From: Sphaeroforma arctica JP610
Lineage: Eukaryota
DNA: 64,000 nt
Direction of reading: 5' to 3'
NCBI RefSeq assembly: GCF_001186125.1
Contig: NW_014040153.1
Span: 1 to 64,000 of the forward strand
Part shown: in pieces, positions 28,901 through 42,791 of the stretch
Layout: each line of letters begins with the position of its first letter
Position numbering within the stretch: the first letter of the stretch is position 1
Program-made: the position numbers and the translations under genes
The notes under the pieces: generated by a model
Seen by the model: the letters and a program-made list of their open reading frames with translations, nothing else
Told to the model about the DNA's origin: nothing
Database searches by the model: none

Positions 28901-31900
28901 CCAGGTCTTCTGGTAGTTCAACCGCGTCGAGCGAAACCAGCTCGCTGTTGACCATAGTACCGAACTGCTTGTTCTCATCAAGCACATACGCAATACCTCC
29001 AGACATACCGGCGGCGAAGTTGCGCCCGGTCTTACCCAGGACAACGGCGTATCCACCAGTCATGTACTCACAACCGTGGTCTCCAACACCCTCACACACA
29101 GCGGTGGCTCCACTGTTACGCACACAGAAGCGCTCGGCCAGGATACCTCTGAAGTATGCCTCTCCACCTGTGGCACCGTACAAGCACACGTTACCCGAAA
29201 TGATGTTGTTCTCGGGTACGAATTCCGAGTGGTAGGGTCCAGGGCGCACAATAATACGTCCACCCATCATACCCTTACCGACGTAATCGTTCGTGTCACC
29301 AGTCACCTTAATCGTGATACCTGGGGCCAGGAATGCACCCAGGGACTGTCCGGCACTTCCGTTGAGGTTCAGCGTAATGGTGTCGTCGGGCAATCCTCCC
29401 TTTCCGTTCGACTTCATCACCTCGTGTGACAAGGTGGTGGTAAACGCTCGGTCCAAGTTGGTGATGTCCAGGTCATGGCTCATGGGGGTCTGGTTCTTGA
29501 GCGCGTCTTGGAAGCGTACGATAAGGTCGTTATCCTTGCGCTCGGCAAGTTCGTGGGCCTGGGCTTGTACGTTGTACGTGGCCGTGTTGGGTCGCAACTC
29601 GGTGGCACGCTTGAGCACAGGTGTCAGGTCAACGGTCTTGGCCTAAAACACGAAGAACATGGTATGATTAAGTATCGAATACAATTTTCTATTCTAATTC
29701 GATATATGGAAGAACCTTCAAAAACGGCAGATTATTGCTATACAGTATATTTTTTATCGCACTCCCAGATTCGCGCACCGTACAAACTTGATAAACAACC
29801 CCTCCTACATAGGAAAATATACATACAAAACTAGCCCAGGCAGGAAAAGGGGGCACAGTGGGTGAATATAGCCTACCTTGGGTCCGTGGGCGTGATTGTC
29901 CATCTTCAGCTTGTCCGTGCGACCAACCATCTCCTCGATAGTTCTGAGACCCAGAGACGCCATAATCTCGCGACAGTGCTCAGCCACCATGAAGAAGTAG
30001 TTGACCACGTGCTCGGGTGTTCCGGTGAACTTCTTGCGAAGCTCGGGATCCTGAGTGGCGATACCTACCGGGCACGTGTTCAGGTGGCACTTACGCATCA
30101 TAGTGCATCCCATAACGATGAGGGGCACTGTGCAGTGAACAGGAAAGGGAGGCAAGGCTGTGATTAGAGACTAGCACAGGCATACCATACTACCATTGCG
30201 GCCTACTATCTACCATAGTCAATATTGAGATTAAATCCGAGCGTGGAGTGCCCAAAAACACAAATGAGTTGTTTCCAACAAACACCACCACACTACACAC
30301 CTGTGGCAAATCCGAACTCTTCCGCACCCAACAACGCCGCAATGGCGACATCACGTCCGTGTCTGATTTGTCCATCGGCTTGTACCACAACCCGACCGCG
30401 CAGATCATTCTGAACCAAAGTCTGATGAGTCTCCGATAGTCCCAACTCCCAGGGTAGACCGGCGTACTTGATACCAGTCCATGAACTGGCTCCAGTACCA
30501 CCGTCGTGACCGGAAATCAGGATGTGATCGGCGTAACCCTTGGCCACACCGGCGGCAACGACTCCAACTCCAACCTCAGACACCTATTAGTTTGTGTATG
30601 TGTGTACCAGATGAGTTGAATGCAAGCATTGCGTATAAAAAGTATCACTTTCCGAGTTTTCGAGTAGTCCAATGATTCTAATTGACTATGAGTAATACCG
30701 AAAATCAGCCAGTAGAAAGCACAATGACACCCGAGTACCTACCAGTTTGACACTGACACGAGCGGAGGGGTTCGCGCACTTCAGATCATAGATCAACTGC
30801 TTCAAATCCTCAATGGAGTAGATATCGTGATGCGGTGGGGGTGAGATCAGACCCACGCCTGGTGTCGAGTTACGACAGTCGGCAATCGACTGGGAAACCT
30901 TGAAGCCGGGCAGCTCACCTCCCTCTCCGGGCTTGGCACCCTGGGCCATCTTGATCTGAATCTCATCGGCATTGGATAGGTACCACGCGGATACACCGAA
31001 GCGACCACTGGCGACCTGGAGAGGCGAGAACAGAGCAGAGATTGGGATTAGTTGTGAGTGTGGGTCCGTTGTTGTCTTTGAATAATACTGATAACTGCTG
31101 TGACAACTCTGTAGCTGATAGTACTATTACGATATCTCTGTATACGCCTATGTAATGAGAGGTGACATTGAAACATGGTCGCAAAGAACAAGGACAAAGT
31201 GTTGATGCACAGGCCACATCGGCACATCGACAACCGACCTCACAAGATGCTACTCAGAGTTAGTGCGGACGAACACGAGTCGCAGACCTTCAGCAGACTC
31301 ACTACGACCACAGCGTGTAGCTAACCCCAATCCATACATTAATATACCTGCTTGATAGCGCTACGCATGCTGTCACCATTCTCAGCCTTGGAATCGAAAC
31401 GCGAGGCCTCCTCACCTCCCTCTCCGGTGTTGGACTTTCCGCCAATGCGGTTCAGTGCCACAGCAAGCGTGGAGTGAGCCTCCAACGAGATGGAACCGTA
31501 CGACATGGCTCCGGTGCAGAAACGCTTGACAATATCCTCGGCAGGGATAACCTCTTCGATTGGGATCTTCTCCTCTTCCGTGATGTTGAACTCCAGCAGA
31601 CCACGAAGCATACAGTTCTTGATCTGCTTGTCACTCTCGCGCACGTACTTCTCGTACGACTGCTTGTTGTTGCGGCGTGCGGCATCCTGGACACTTGCCA
31701 CCACGTTGGGGTGGTTCATGTGGTCCTCACCACCTACGAATGTAAACAAAAACCATATATAAGTATCAGATAAGACGCATGTCCTGGTAAGATACGTGCA
31801 TGTAATATGAAACATGTTTCGCACACCCCACTTTTGAGCCAGATGCAGTAGTATAATAGATCATCATAACATGGCAAAATACTATACATGTCCGATCTAT

Positions 31901-34900
31901 CTCAGATAAGCTGCGTCTTACAACGACCACTACATGCACATACCGTCTCTCCAGTGGTAGTCTCCAGGGTTTTCGATCAGACGGCTCTCGACGATGTCAT
32001 CACGCTCCAAGGGGAACGCAATATCGTGGCGTGAGAAGGCCTCCTCTGCCAACAGAGTGAATCCAACACCCTTGATACGCGACGCACAGTTGGTGAAGCA
32101 GCGATCAATCACCTCCTCGGCGATACCCACAGCCTCGAAGATCTGCGCTCCCTTGTACGACATGAGCGTGGAGATACCCATCTTGGCCATGACCTTGCGC
32201 ATACCTATCCGGGTCAAACATGTGCATGGATCTATGAGCCTATCCGAGTTAAAATTATATGCATGATTATGAGCCTATCCGAGTTAAAATTATATGCATG
32301 ATTATGAGCCTATCCGAATTAAGATTATATGCATGATTATGAGCCTATCCGAATTAAGATTATATGCATGATTATTACGAGTATATGCACCCACGCGACA
32401 TACATGCACAACCATTGGTAACACAGGATGTACAATGAAGTCGAGTATGCATGCACGTGTATGTGTGGATGCACGGGTGCGTTTAATGAGAGGCAACAAA
32501 CCGTAGTTGACAGCAGCCTGGTAGTTCTTCGCAACAGTGTCGTCATCATATTTGGCATCTAGGAGACCCTCGTTTCTGAGGGCCGCCATGGTGTCGAATA
32601 CCAAATAAGGGCAGACAGCGTCCACTCCAAAACCGAGCAGCAGACAGATCTGGTGCACGACGTTCACCTCTCCTGATTCCAGGATGATGGCTACGTTCAA
32701 GCGCTTCTTCTCGCGGACCAGGTACTATTCATGCATAGTAGATTAGCACACTATAAAGTAAGTACACGTGAGGCGGTCGCGCGTAACTCCGACCGTGAGA
32801 TTGGCGTGTCCTGACGATCAGACAAAATCAAACAAAACGCAACAAATTGTATACACTTAAACATCGAAAACTCGGACACACCTGATGCACCGCTCCAACG
32901 GCCAGAGCGGATGGGATGGGCACACGCTCGCGTCCAACCTTGCGATCGGTGAGCACAATGACTTTGTTGCCGTCATTGATAGCATCAACGGCTTCGTCAG
33001 AGATGCGCTCCAGAGCATCCATCATGCCCTCAGCACCGGTGCTGTTAGCGTGAGATTGGTGATAGACGATCAGTTGGATGTATAATATATTTTTATTAAG
33101 TCGGTTTTGCTGGGAATATGACTGGTGAACTATACGGATAGGTACGCGGATGTGTACTGAATGCACTGTATATACTGCAATAGCCGCAAAGAGCTTCATC
33201 ACAAATTAATTGGCATACATTGATAGATTGAATTTGCGACCTCGTTCCAACAGTATTGTTTGCCGCTTAAAAAGAAAACACATGCGAAACGCGGGTCAGT
33301 CTGAACAAAAAAGACAAAGACTATACAAATGGGCCCATTCCCTCATGAGGAACAAATAAATCCCAAGCACATTGATTTATTATCACTAGAACAGCTACCT
33401 GAATAAAAAAGACGTATGCGTTACAACGAAACACTTCAAACACACCTGCGAGCAAAGGTGGTGTCTATCTCAGCCACCTTCCACTGAGATTTCTCCTTGT
33501 GGAGACTGCGAATGCACGCGATCTCTTTAAGCGAAAGCACGGGGTTGTCGATGGTCAACCGTTGGCACTGCTCAGCGGCTTCATCCAATACATTGAACTC
33601 AGGGCCAATCACCTGCACGAGCGTGTGAAGTATTCCGAAATGAGTTTAATAGGAAAGTCCAGATACAATCCGAGACAAATGTGTACTTCGTTGCCAGCTA
33701 AAATTGCCATAAAATACCAAACTTACAAAGTATCTACAACGAGATATAATCAGTGACTTTCAATGGGTCCATACATACCTGACGCAGAGACATGATGATG
33801 GATTCACGGAAGGGATCAATAGGGGGGTTGGTTACTTGAGCAAACAATTGCTTGAAGTACTCGTGTATCAGGCGCGGCTTCTTACTGAGCACAGCCAAGG
33901 GAGCATCGTTACCCATAGATCCCAGAGCCTCCTTCCTAAGCTCAATCATGGGCTGTTAATTGATTATCGGAAGAAACAACCGAAATACGCAATTAATATG
34001 GGTTCATGAACGTTGGTGCGTATATATCCCGCGAATACACTCTAAGCCAACCGAAAATGTAAGTAACGAGAACAGCTAACGTCGGACATTCACAGTAAAC
34101 ATGCAGGGCACACACCTTGACCAGCATGTTGATGTGCTCCAGAGTCCACCCGAAAGCAGGCAACCGGCGGTCGAACAACACGCCCTTCTGAGCCTGTACT
34201 TCGTGCGGCTTGCTGGAGAGCAATGCCATCTCTGTGATGTTCACCGAGTTCGTGTCCAACCAGTTCTGGTAGTCGTGCTTGTTACTCACTTCGGCCTTAA
34301 GCTGGCTATCATCGACAAGAGTGTGCTCGAGTGTGTCGACGAGAAGCATCTTTCCAGGTTGTAGACGTCCCTTGCTCTTGATCTGTTGGACAACGTTTCA
34401 ATAGGATAAAGGCAGATATTGTCAGTTTTCATATATAACATCTCTAGGCAACGAGGTATACGGAAGGAATCGCTGTATAATCCACGACATCGTACGTAGT
34501 TTAATATTCAATGCACTACTATATCACTCGCCAAGTAATTGGAGGACTCAAGATAAAACAATGCAAATCTTGACATATGACTCCAGGATTACATACATAT
34601 AATCCTAGCCTCTTAACATCAACAGTTTAAACGTGAAACACACAGATGTTTACAAAGCCCCAACTTACCGCTCCAAGAGGCACGTCCAGTACACCGACTT
34701 CACTGGCCATAATCATTCGATTGTCGTCGGTGATGTAGTAACGAGCTGGGCGCAGACCGTTACGATCCAAAGTGGCACCAATATACCTACCATCGGTGAA
34801 TGTGAATAGAGCGGGTCCATCCCAAGCCTCCATAACGAAGGAGCTGTTGGTAACAAAATGGCGGGACAATTTTAGTCGGATGCATTTCGCTAGAATTCTC

Positions 34901-37262
34901 TGTATCTATGGAATACATTTACTATCAACAACCATCTAAAACTAACTAAGTTGATTCAAGCGCACAAAACAGTAAGTACACTTGAAACATACTATGTACG
35001 CTACATCTGTACATATATTAACATGCCTAATTTATAATATACATGCATACGCACAAACACGCATGTATATTAAACATACCAGTACTCGTAGAAAGCGCGC
35101 TTCTTCGGTGTCATGTTGACATCGTTCTGCCACGCCTCGGGCACCATCATCATCATAACCTCGGGAAGCGTACGCTTACCGTCCATAACCATAAACTCCA
35201 ATACATTATCAAATGCAGCAGAATCGGAACCAGCGGTCTCGATGATTGGGTACAGACTCTCGGTAAGGTCACCAAACTGCTCGGACTTCAGCATACCCTC
35301 TCGAGCACGCATCCAGTTCTTGTTTCCTCTGAGTGTGTTGATTTCGCCATTGTGACCTAGGAGACGGAAAGGCTGTGCCCTTGACCAACTGGGGAAGGTG
35401 TTGGTGGAGAAACGCGAGTGTACTAGCGCCATGTGCGACTTGAACTCCGGATTTGAAAGATCCTTGAAGTAAGGTCCAACCTATTAAGTGTAAGTGTTAT
35501 TTTTTACTTGTTAGCTCACCAATAAAAAGACTTGGTTAAATCGTTGCCTATGTCAACATAAAAAGAGCATGGTGCTCGTCGTGCGTTCGGACGGACGCAC
35601 ATTACACAATAGTTGAATCGAACTGAATACAAGGACCGCATCAGTGCAATACCAAGGCATATACATGAAGTGCAATCTACATACCTGATATGCCGACAAT
35701 TGACCCTTGTAAATTAGGGTTCCAGTGCTTAGAGAACAGATGTAGAAACTTTTCTCTGCCTTGGGAAGACTCTTCTCCAGACGCTTACGAAGCGTGTATG
35801 CAAGACGGTCTAGATCCAGCCCCTTCAGGGATGAATCCTTTGATTTGATATAAACCTGATAAAAAGGTAAAATGTTTGAAAAGATATAACCTAAACCTCC
35901 AGAAGATGACCTACCTCTTTCAACAACTGAAATTATGGTCGCTTATTTAACTAAACTTGCTGATAAAATACAAGTGTAATAGCTTGGCGAAACCGCAAGT
36001 CTCGGGTATTCTACCCGCATCGTAACTTCCCTGAGAAAAAGAATGAAAACTAGTTCTAAACCCTTTCTAACCTACGTGATGCTCAAGCACCTAAAACAAC
36101 AGAAATCAGCGAAAGATATTGACCTATTTACAAAATTGGACTATACAACTCGCGTATCGAACTAGTATGGCCACCTTACTTATCAAAATATACACACCTG
36201 CTCGATGGAGGGTTCAGTGGCCAGTGCAGAGGGACCCACTTGTGAGTTGTCCACCTCAATCACACGCCAGCCCAATACCTCTAGACCCAGCTTTACAGCT
36301 GTAGAGGTGAAAACGGACCTACATTCCTCCTTAAGCGCCTCGGATTTCTGTAGAGGTAGTATACGATACAAAGGTCAGTCAAAAGCTTGCAAAGAAGTGT
36401 ACCAGCACATGTGTTGAAAGGATACTAGTTTTAGTAACCAATAAATTGTTGGCAGTTTGAAGTCAAATCTAAGCAGCAAAGCAAGCGCCCGGTGGCAAGC
36501 CAAATACAACAAGCGAACCAACCGCAAAATCGAACGTCATGTACAACAAGCGTAGCACACCCTAGAATTCTCAGTCTATTTTAAAGCGTTTAACCAGACG
36601 TTAAAATGTTAATTGCGATCACAAGCCGTTAAATTGTTAGGTCTGTTTAACCTGCGATCATTGGCATTCTACTGTCTATTTCTTGCAGTTTGAATTTTTA
36701 ACAGCAATCACTAGACGCTAAGGATGCTAGTTTATTTAACCTGCGATATCTAGCACGGAATTGCTTACGTTAACAACATAAAACCTTGAATTATATCCAG
36801 AGACTGAATGATGGACTAGCTATATTGCACAGGCATGGCGAAGCCATGAGAATCATATAGCATTGCGGCAATACTTACCTTACTGAAGAAGATGTTTCCA
36901 GCAGCATAGTATCCAGGAGCAGGCAGTGTGATGCCCGATTTGGTGACCATGTGCGTCAAAAACTCATGAGGCATACCAGTAAGGATACCAGCTCCATCTC
37001 CAGTGTTTTCTTCGCAGCCACATGCACCTCTGTGGAACATGCGTGCAAGAATAACTAGCGCATCCTGCACATTCGCGTGTGTTGCCTTGCCGTCTATGTT
37101 GGTTACAAAACCTACACCACAGCCATCCTTCTCGTTGTCCGGGTTGTAAAGACCATCCTTTTTGGGATATGCCTCAAAACCGTTCTCGTGCTCTACTCCA
37201 CAGCAGTGAGTGTACTGCTTGGGTTCGACATTTGCATTGATTCTGTTAGCGTTAGGTGCCAT
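25943..37262 (-). CDS. GLT1: NADH-dependent glutamate synthase (GOGAT), fused large and small subunit, ~21 exons
   Basis: Exons with canonical GT-AG encode EKDGCGVGF (Ntn Cys), [94 protein letters not shown] repeats, [43 protein letters not shown] at 37262, TAA at 25943-25945. Confidence 0.95.
32233..32375. repeat. 35-bp tandem repeat x4 in a GLT1 intron
   Basis: TATGAGCCTATCCGA(G/A)TTAA(A/G)ATTATATGCATGAT at 32233, 32268, 32303, 32338. Confidence 0.9.
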
Positions 37263-37700
37263 AGTAAAAGATTTGTAAGAGAAGGTCACTGCCAACGTCC
37301 AACAAAGTAAATTGATATGTTTATCTGAACAGAAGTTTATATATCACTTCCTGACGATAGATTTAAAATTGCAACGTGTTCAGCTCGTAAGTGGCAAAAC
37401 TCGTTTTGTATTATAGGTAAATACTTTAGCTTCGTAAGAGGTAGAGTGGCAGGATTTTAGTGCCGCTGTAAACATTTATTATGAACATTTTCGGACAGAG
37501 AGTAAAAAAATACTCCATGACTTTATGGACGCGCTGTCATACGTCTGACTCTCTCGATACTCTCGGGTCCTGAGTCCTGAAGACCTGAGCCCTGAATCCT
37601 GATCCTGGTCCTGAGACTAGACTTCTCATAAATACCAGCAGTAGAGAACGAGACGTACTAATATAGATAGATAGAGAGAGCCTGTGGCGAGTGTGGAGTA

Positions 37701-37768
37701 TGGACTGTGGACTGTGGACTGTGGACTGTGGACTGTGGACTGTGGACTGTGGACTGTGGACTGTGGAC
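37701..37768. repeat. (GTGGACT)n heptamer array upstream of GLT1
   Basis: About 9-10 units visible. Confidence 0.9.
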
Positions 37769-40700
37769 CTGGACTGGGGGTATGGGCCCTGGAGGGCGGA
37801 GAACTGGAGGAATTATCATTTTTGGCTTTTTTTTTACTTTCATGATCTTTGATGACAATCAGGTAAATATATGTGATGACACTTTTGGTAGAAAAGCGCA
37901 TGATGTCCACAGTCCAATATCCAAAATAACTCCTCTTTTCTTTAAAAAAAAATACTCTCCTAGAGAGAAAGAGAATTTGAGAAATAAACTAATAAAGACA
38001 CAGGCCATAGAGGGGCAAACACCACCCTGTGCGACACTAAATAAACAGCTGGGATCCAGTGTAATGCGCTGTTGACTATATAGTATGTACACCGTAGAGT
38101 GTATTTATTTCTAATTACATACAGTGGAGTGAATAATAGTGACTACAGTCAGCCCGAAATGTTACAGTCACACTGTCTCAGCGACTCTCAGGCACTCAGC
38201 CCTGCTCAGCCTTACAGTTATTTACAGCCTCACAGTCTCAGTTGTTGGTTTGAATTTAGCGGTCTTTTAGTCGTTTATTTTTTTTTGAAAATATAGGAAT
38301 AGGCTATACACCTATTTTGAGACACGTTTTAAAAAAATATAAAATTTATTATTTCTAAAGAATTGTGTCAAAAAATATTATCACATGTAATTTCCCAACG
38401 CGTGTTGGGCATGAATGTCAAACAACAATTTCTAAACTAGTAAACGACAGGGATATTTAAAAATACTAGATAACTTAAATACCAAATGCTACCTTGTATT
38501 ATCCCATTCTATATATTAAGATTAATATGATACACAACTTTCTGGTCTTTTATTCTCTATCTGATCTCTTATTTTATCATTCTAACAGGCCGCATAGGCC
38601 TGGTATTTCAAATGTTTCAAATAAAATAATTTAATATACTACAGAGTTACAGACAATATACCACATGTCATCATCAAAATCATATAAAATTGCAGAAAAC
38701 GTGATATAGAATTAAATTTCATTCGTCAATGACAATATTTCTATTCTACGAATCTATTGGACAGAAAATCAACTATTTTTTCTATCACATGCTAATTGAG
38801 AAAAGTGTATTCAGCCAATCCATATTGAGAAATAGTGACTCAGCAACAAATCTTATATGTCATCACATGCTTTGTTCCACTTTTGGTTTAACGTGGTGTC
38901 ATGGACTCGGTGGGTGAGGTGAGAGCAGGAGACAGCAGGTATACGCCTCCACGGTAAATACAAATCGTGCCCATGACTGTTTTTCAAAAAGCAATTTATT
39001 GCTCAATATATATATTAAAAAATTATCGATGAAATTCATTTTTGCCAACGATGAAATGAAGAATAATAGTTTGCACCAATAACTATTAGCAAAAAAAATA
39101 TATCAAAACCACGGCGTGTGTAGCAACGACCGCTCGACGCACATTTTTTTCAAATGTCTAATATCATCTTTTTTTAAACCTAATAAATACATCGCCTTCA
39201 AACTTCAAAGGCTTCAATTGGACCATAAAACCAAATTGGAAACCCCCCTCCCCCAACCAAGCAGACCCACGTCCCACACTCTCAGACCAGAGGGAGACAC
39301 AAAACGATTTCCTCTCTACTATTGTACTAGCATTTTTATTTTTTTTAAGTTAGTATATCAAAGCCTACAAAACACAGAAGCCAGGCATCCTTTCTATTTT
39401 TATATTCTGGCCATACATTTTTGGGAGACACATGAATTTCGTCAAGGTTATTTTAGAAGGCTATGAATGAATTATAAAACTATTGCCTTGGAATCTTGGA
39501 TATCCTTTTTTTTTTTTAAATAGAAGTCTGCATATATGAGAAAAAAATTTAAATAGATGAAAACAGATGGAAAAAAATATTTGTTTTTTTTTAATATCTG
39601 AAAACGGCTTTCAAATCTAACTATTTGTTATAAAAAAACTCAGATTCAGTTAACAGATATCTTTTTTAGAAAACAAAAGTCTAAATAGAAAATACTACCT
39701 GAAGTCCAAATGTCCCCCCAGAGTTCAGAATTTCGGACGAGCACAATTTCGGACTAAATAGTCCGGACAATATCTTTTTCTTTACCTCTAACGAGCTATT
39801 TTAGCTTGTCCAAAAATATCTGACCATGACCCTCTGGAAGCCTGTCCCGGGCTCACGGGTGATTTCAAATTGATTTTCTACTCCCCTTGGGAATGGGGCT
39901 TGGATGAAAAGATGTGTAACCACACTTCTTGCAAGGCGCTCTCACCTTCTTTTCACCTTTCGGTTCGGTAGAAGTAGAGCCAGTACCCCCTCCAGTAGTA
40001 GTGCGAGGTTTCTTAGTACTACGCGCAGTCTGAGTTTTTTGGGTTATTTTTAAACTCAAAATGAAAACCCAGCGAGACTTCCAGAGGTTCATGATCCTAA
40101 AGGACTTGTCCGTTCTCCCTTAATTCTACTTTTTCTAATGATGGTCATGTTCACATGAATGACGCTACTTACTATTTGGGGAGGGGGGGGTAGGAACTTG
40201 GATACCGGAAAAATTGGGCGTATTTAGCTAAAAAATCAAGAGGTATTCACGTTACAGTCAAACCTCCGTTTTTCTCTACCTCTTCTATTGTTCACCTCCT
40301 TTTTTGTCCAATTTTTATATACTGGGACTCGAAATTTGTTTGCAGAATTGCAGTATGTACCAGAATACTGATGTGTAAATTCACGTATGGCTTGCCACAC
40401 TCTCAAAGAAGTGATATAGCATATATTTATATGATAACCTATAAATGAAGTACAATATGTAATGTGTATAAATAACAATAGCGGCAATACTTGCCTGTTA
40501 GGTACGAAAATTCAGTGCATGCGTTATGTGGTGTTGGTTTGGGTGCGGGATACAGTAGTTCATGAGACACCACCGAAGTGGGCTCTCAGAGATATTTTCT
40601 ACCAAGTTGTAATTGTTTATGGCCAACAACTGAGTCAACGCATGCATCATCAATGGAAACACGAATTAAAGTAAAGTCGATGCTTGAACGCTTTATAAAA

Positions 40701-42358
40701 AGAAGCATTTAAAATATGCGTATGTACGTTACTGTACCAGGATATGTACTTTTAGAGAGCTATATGACCCTCAGGCACCAAACCCTATTTTTGTGTACCT
40801 CAATTTTGTCCAAATTTAGGCCTGAAATGGATCCTGGACAAAATAAAGAAGGTATTTTTAGTAACTTTTCTACACGTGCGTCTGTATTTAGAATATTTGT
40901 CCTGAGGCTACTATGGGTGAGTGTGAAGCATTATATCTTAATGATCATCCCTCGATTCATTATGAATATAAACATGCATCACAACAGGATTTCCTGATGT
41001 ATGCCATGTGTGGATGAAGCTTGTAAGTAGGATAGCAAATAGAGTAATAGATGATGAGCTTGTAGGCATTGATCTATCAGTTTATAACAATCGATTCGGG
41101 GGTAAATACAAAAGGTCCAGAGGTAAAAACACCAGACAGTATTAGCCGATAATGATGTCTCTGTGACAGTGGAAAACTGTAATGTACGTGTTACATGGCG
41201 AAGACAACGAGAGTTGAGATTTGCTGAGCAGATGTGGATGTGAAAATAGCCCGGGTGCTCAAATATATGCGACAGACTTCAAGCAGAGGGCATTCTCATG
41301 ACTTGCCGTAGCTCCAGAATTTGCTGACAGTTTCCGACGAACTTTCGAAAGAAAAAAGCGTGAATATAGCTGATACATAGCCAACATTATGTGTGCAAAT
41401 AATTTACTTTTCAAACCCTTGTCAGCCAACTACATGTATTTGTCTATGCCCTTAAATGGGGTAGATAGCACGCGACAGTTTATACATTTTTTATGACGCC
41501 GGGGACTTCTATAGATAGTTATAAAGCATACACGTGGCCAATTATTTTTGTTTCATAAACTGGAATAAATCTAAACCGAATTAGAGAGTGATAGGAGCAA
41601 AACTATATAGACAGTCTCAGAGTAAAAGCCCCTTTATTTTACAGCCTGGCTAGACTGACTTTACAATTATTTCAACTATAGGACTTATAATTTTAATCTA
41701 CAAAATACTGATATGGCATACTTCGATTTAAGGTTTACAAATAAAGTGGTCTTTCACTTGATTCTGATATTCACACCTGTCCATTTGCCGCCAAAATCAG
41801 ATTCCTCATTTTGAGCTATATATAATTTATGATTACCAATGGACCAACGAACCTGTACCACTATGATACCCAAGAGACAAAACAGATGTGAGAGAAAGAT
41901 TTTGCATCCAAGAAGGATCCGTTGATTGTAAATATGGTATAAAGACGTCAAATTAGGGATTGCTGACTGTTTATTCTTAACTATTTCTAAAGTGTACCCA
42001 AGCATTTCATTAATTCGTCATTGCACCCGACTAAATTTTCTATTCATTGCATCAGGGGCTATTCTCGTATAACTTTCAATATGTATGCATTTTGGGCGCT
42101 GTGAACCCTATATTAGCACAGTCGTGTGTTGATAGTCCGGCACCACGGCGATACTTCATATACGCTTTTCTTCTGAGCCCACTCGTAGCGCTTGATCAGG
42201 CTAATTTTGAAAATTTTTGCATTTGTGATACACTTGAGATGCAAATTGTTTAATATTTGAGTGTGCAACCCCCATGTCTTTTGCAATCTTGCTCGGTCAT
42301 CGCGTTATCCATGTGCTTAAGATCTTAACAGTTTTCGAACAGCTGCCTCGGTTGATTC

Positions 42359-42525
42359 TGTTATGACTCATTTACTAAAAACCCTATAAGACCACAATAT
42401 ATTACGGTTCATATTTTAGCCGAATAATTGTAATAATATCTTAAAAGGGCACATGGTAATTACTATACTGTATAGCCAATATGTAATAATAAAGTTACTT
42501 CGTTAAGCAAATATTTATTGCAACA
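42359..42525 (+). repeat. Copia 5' LTR (TGTT...CAACA), followed by PBS-like GACTATGGGCCCA (42526-42538)
   Basis: Homologous to 55548-55730 and to the reverse complement of 58507-58689. The PBS resembles the GGTTATGGGCCC type of copia elements. Confidence 0.8.
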
Positions 42526-42615
42526 GACTATGGGCCCATATCGAATATATATTATCTTATACCCTATATACATACCTTAATTTTACACCCCTGATCCTTT
42601 GATCACACTTCCTCT

Positions 42616-42740
42616 CTCTGATCTCACCACCTCTGATCTCACCACCTCTGATCTCACCACCTCTGATCTCACCACCTCTGATCTCACCACCTCTGATCTC
42701 ACCACCTCTGATCTCACCACCTCTGATCTCACCACCTTTG
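42616..42740 (+). repeat. 15-bp tandem array CTCTGATCTCACCAC (~8 units) in the copia 5' leader
   Basis: Directly visible; about 4 units in copy 2 at 58277-58350. Confidence 0.9.
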
Positions 42741-42791
42741 ATCCTCTGATATCACCATATCTGCTCCTCCAATTCCTTCTCACACATCACC

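Noticed and set aside
26328..37310. Plus-strand ORFs overlapping GLT1 (and similar ones over GLN1)
   Set aside because: Antisense shadows of GC-rich coding exons with no recognisable motifs
39865..40092. Short ORF with CKKCGYTSFH, knuckle-like
   Set aside because: Isolated fragment with no supporting gag/pol or LTR nearby
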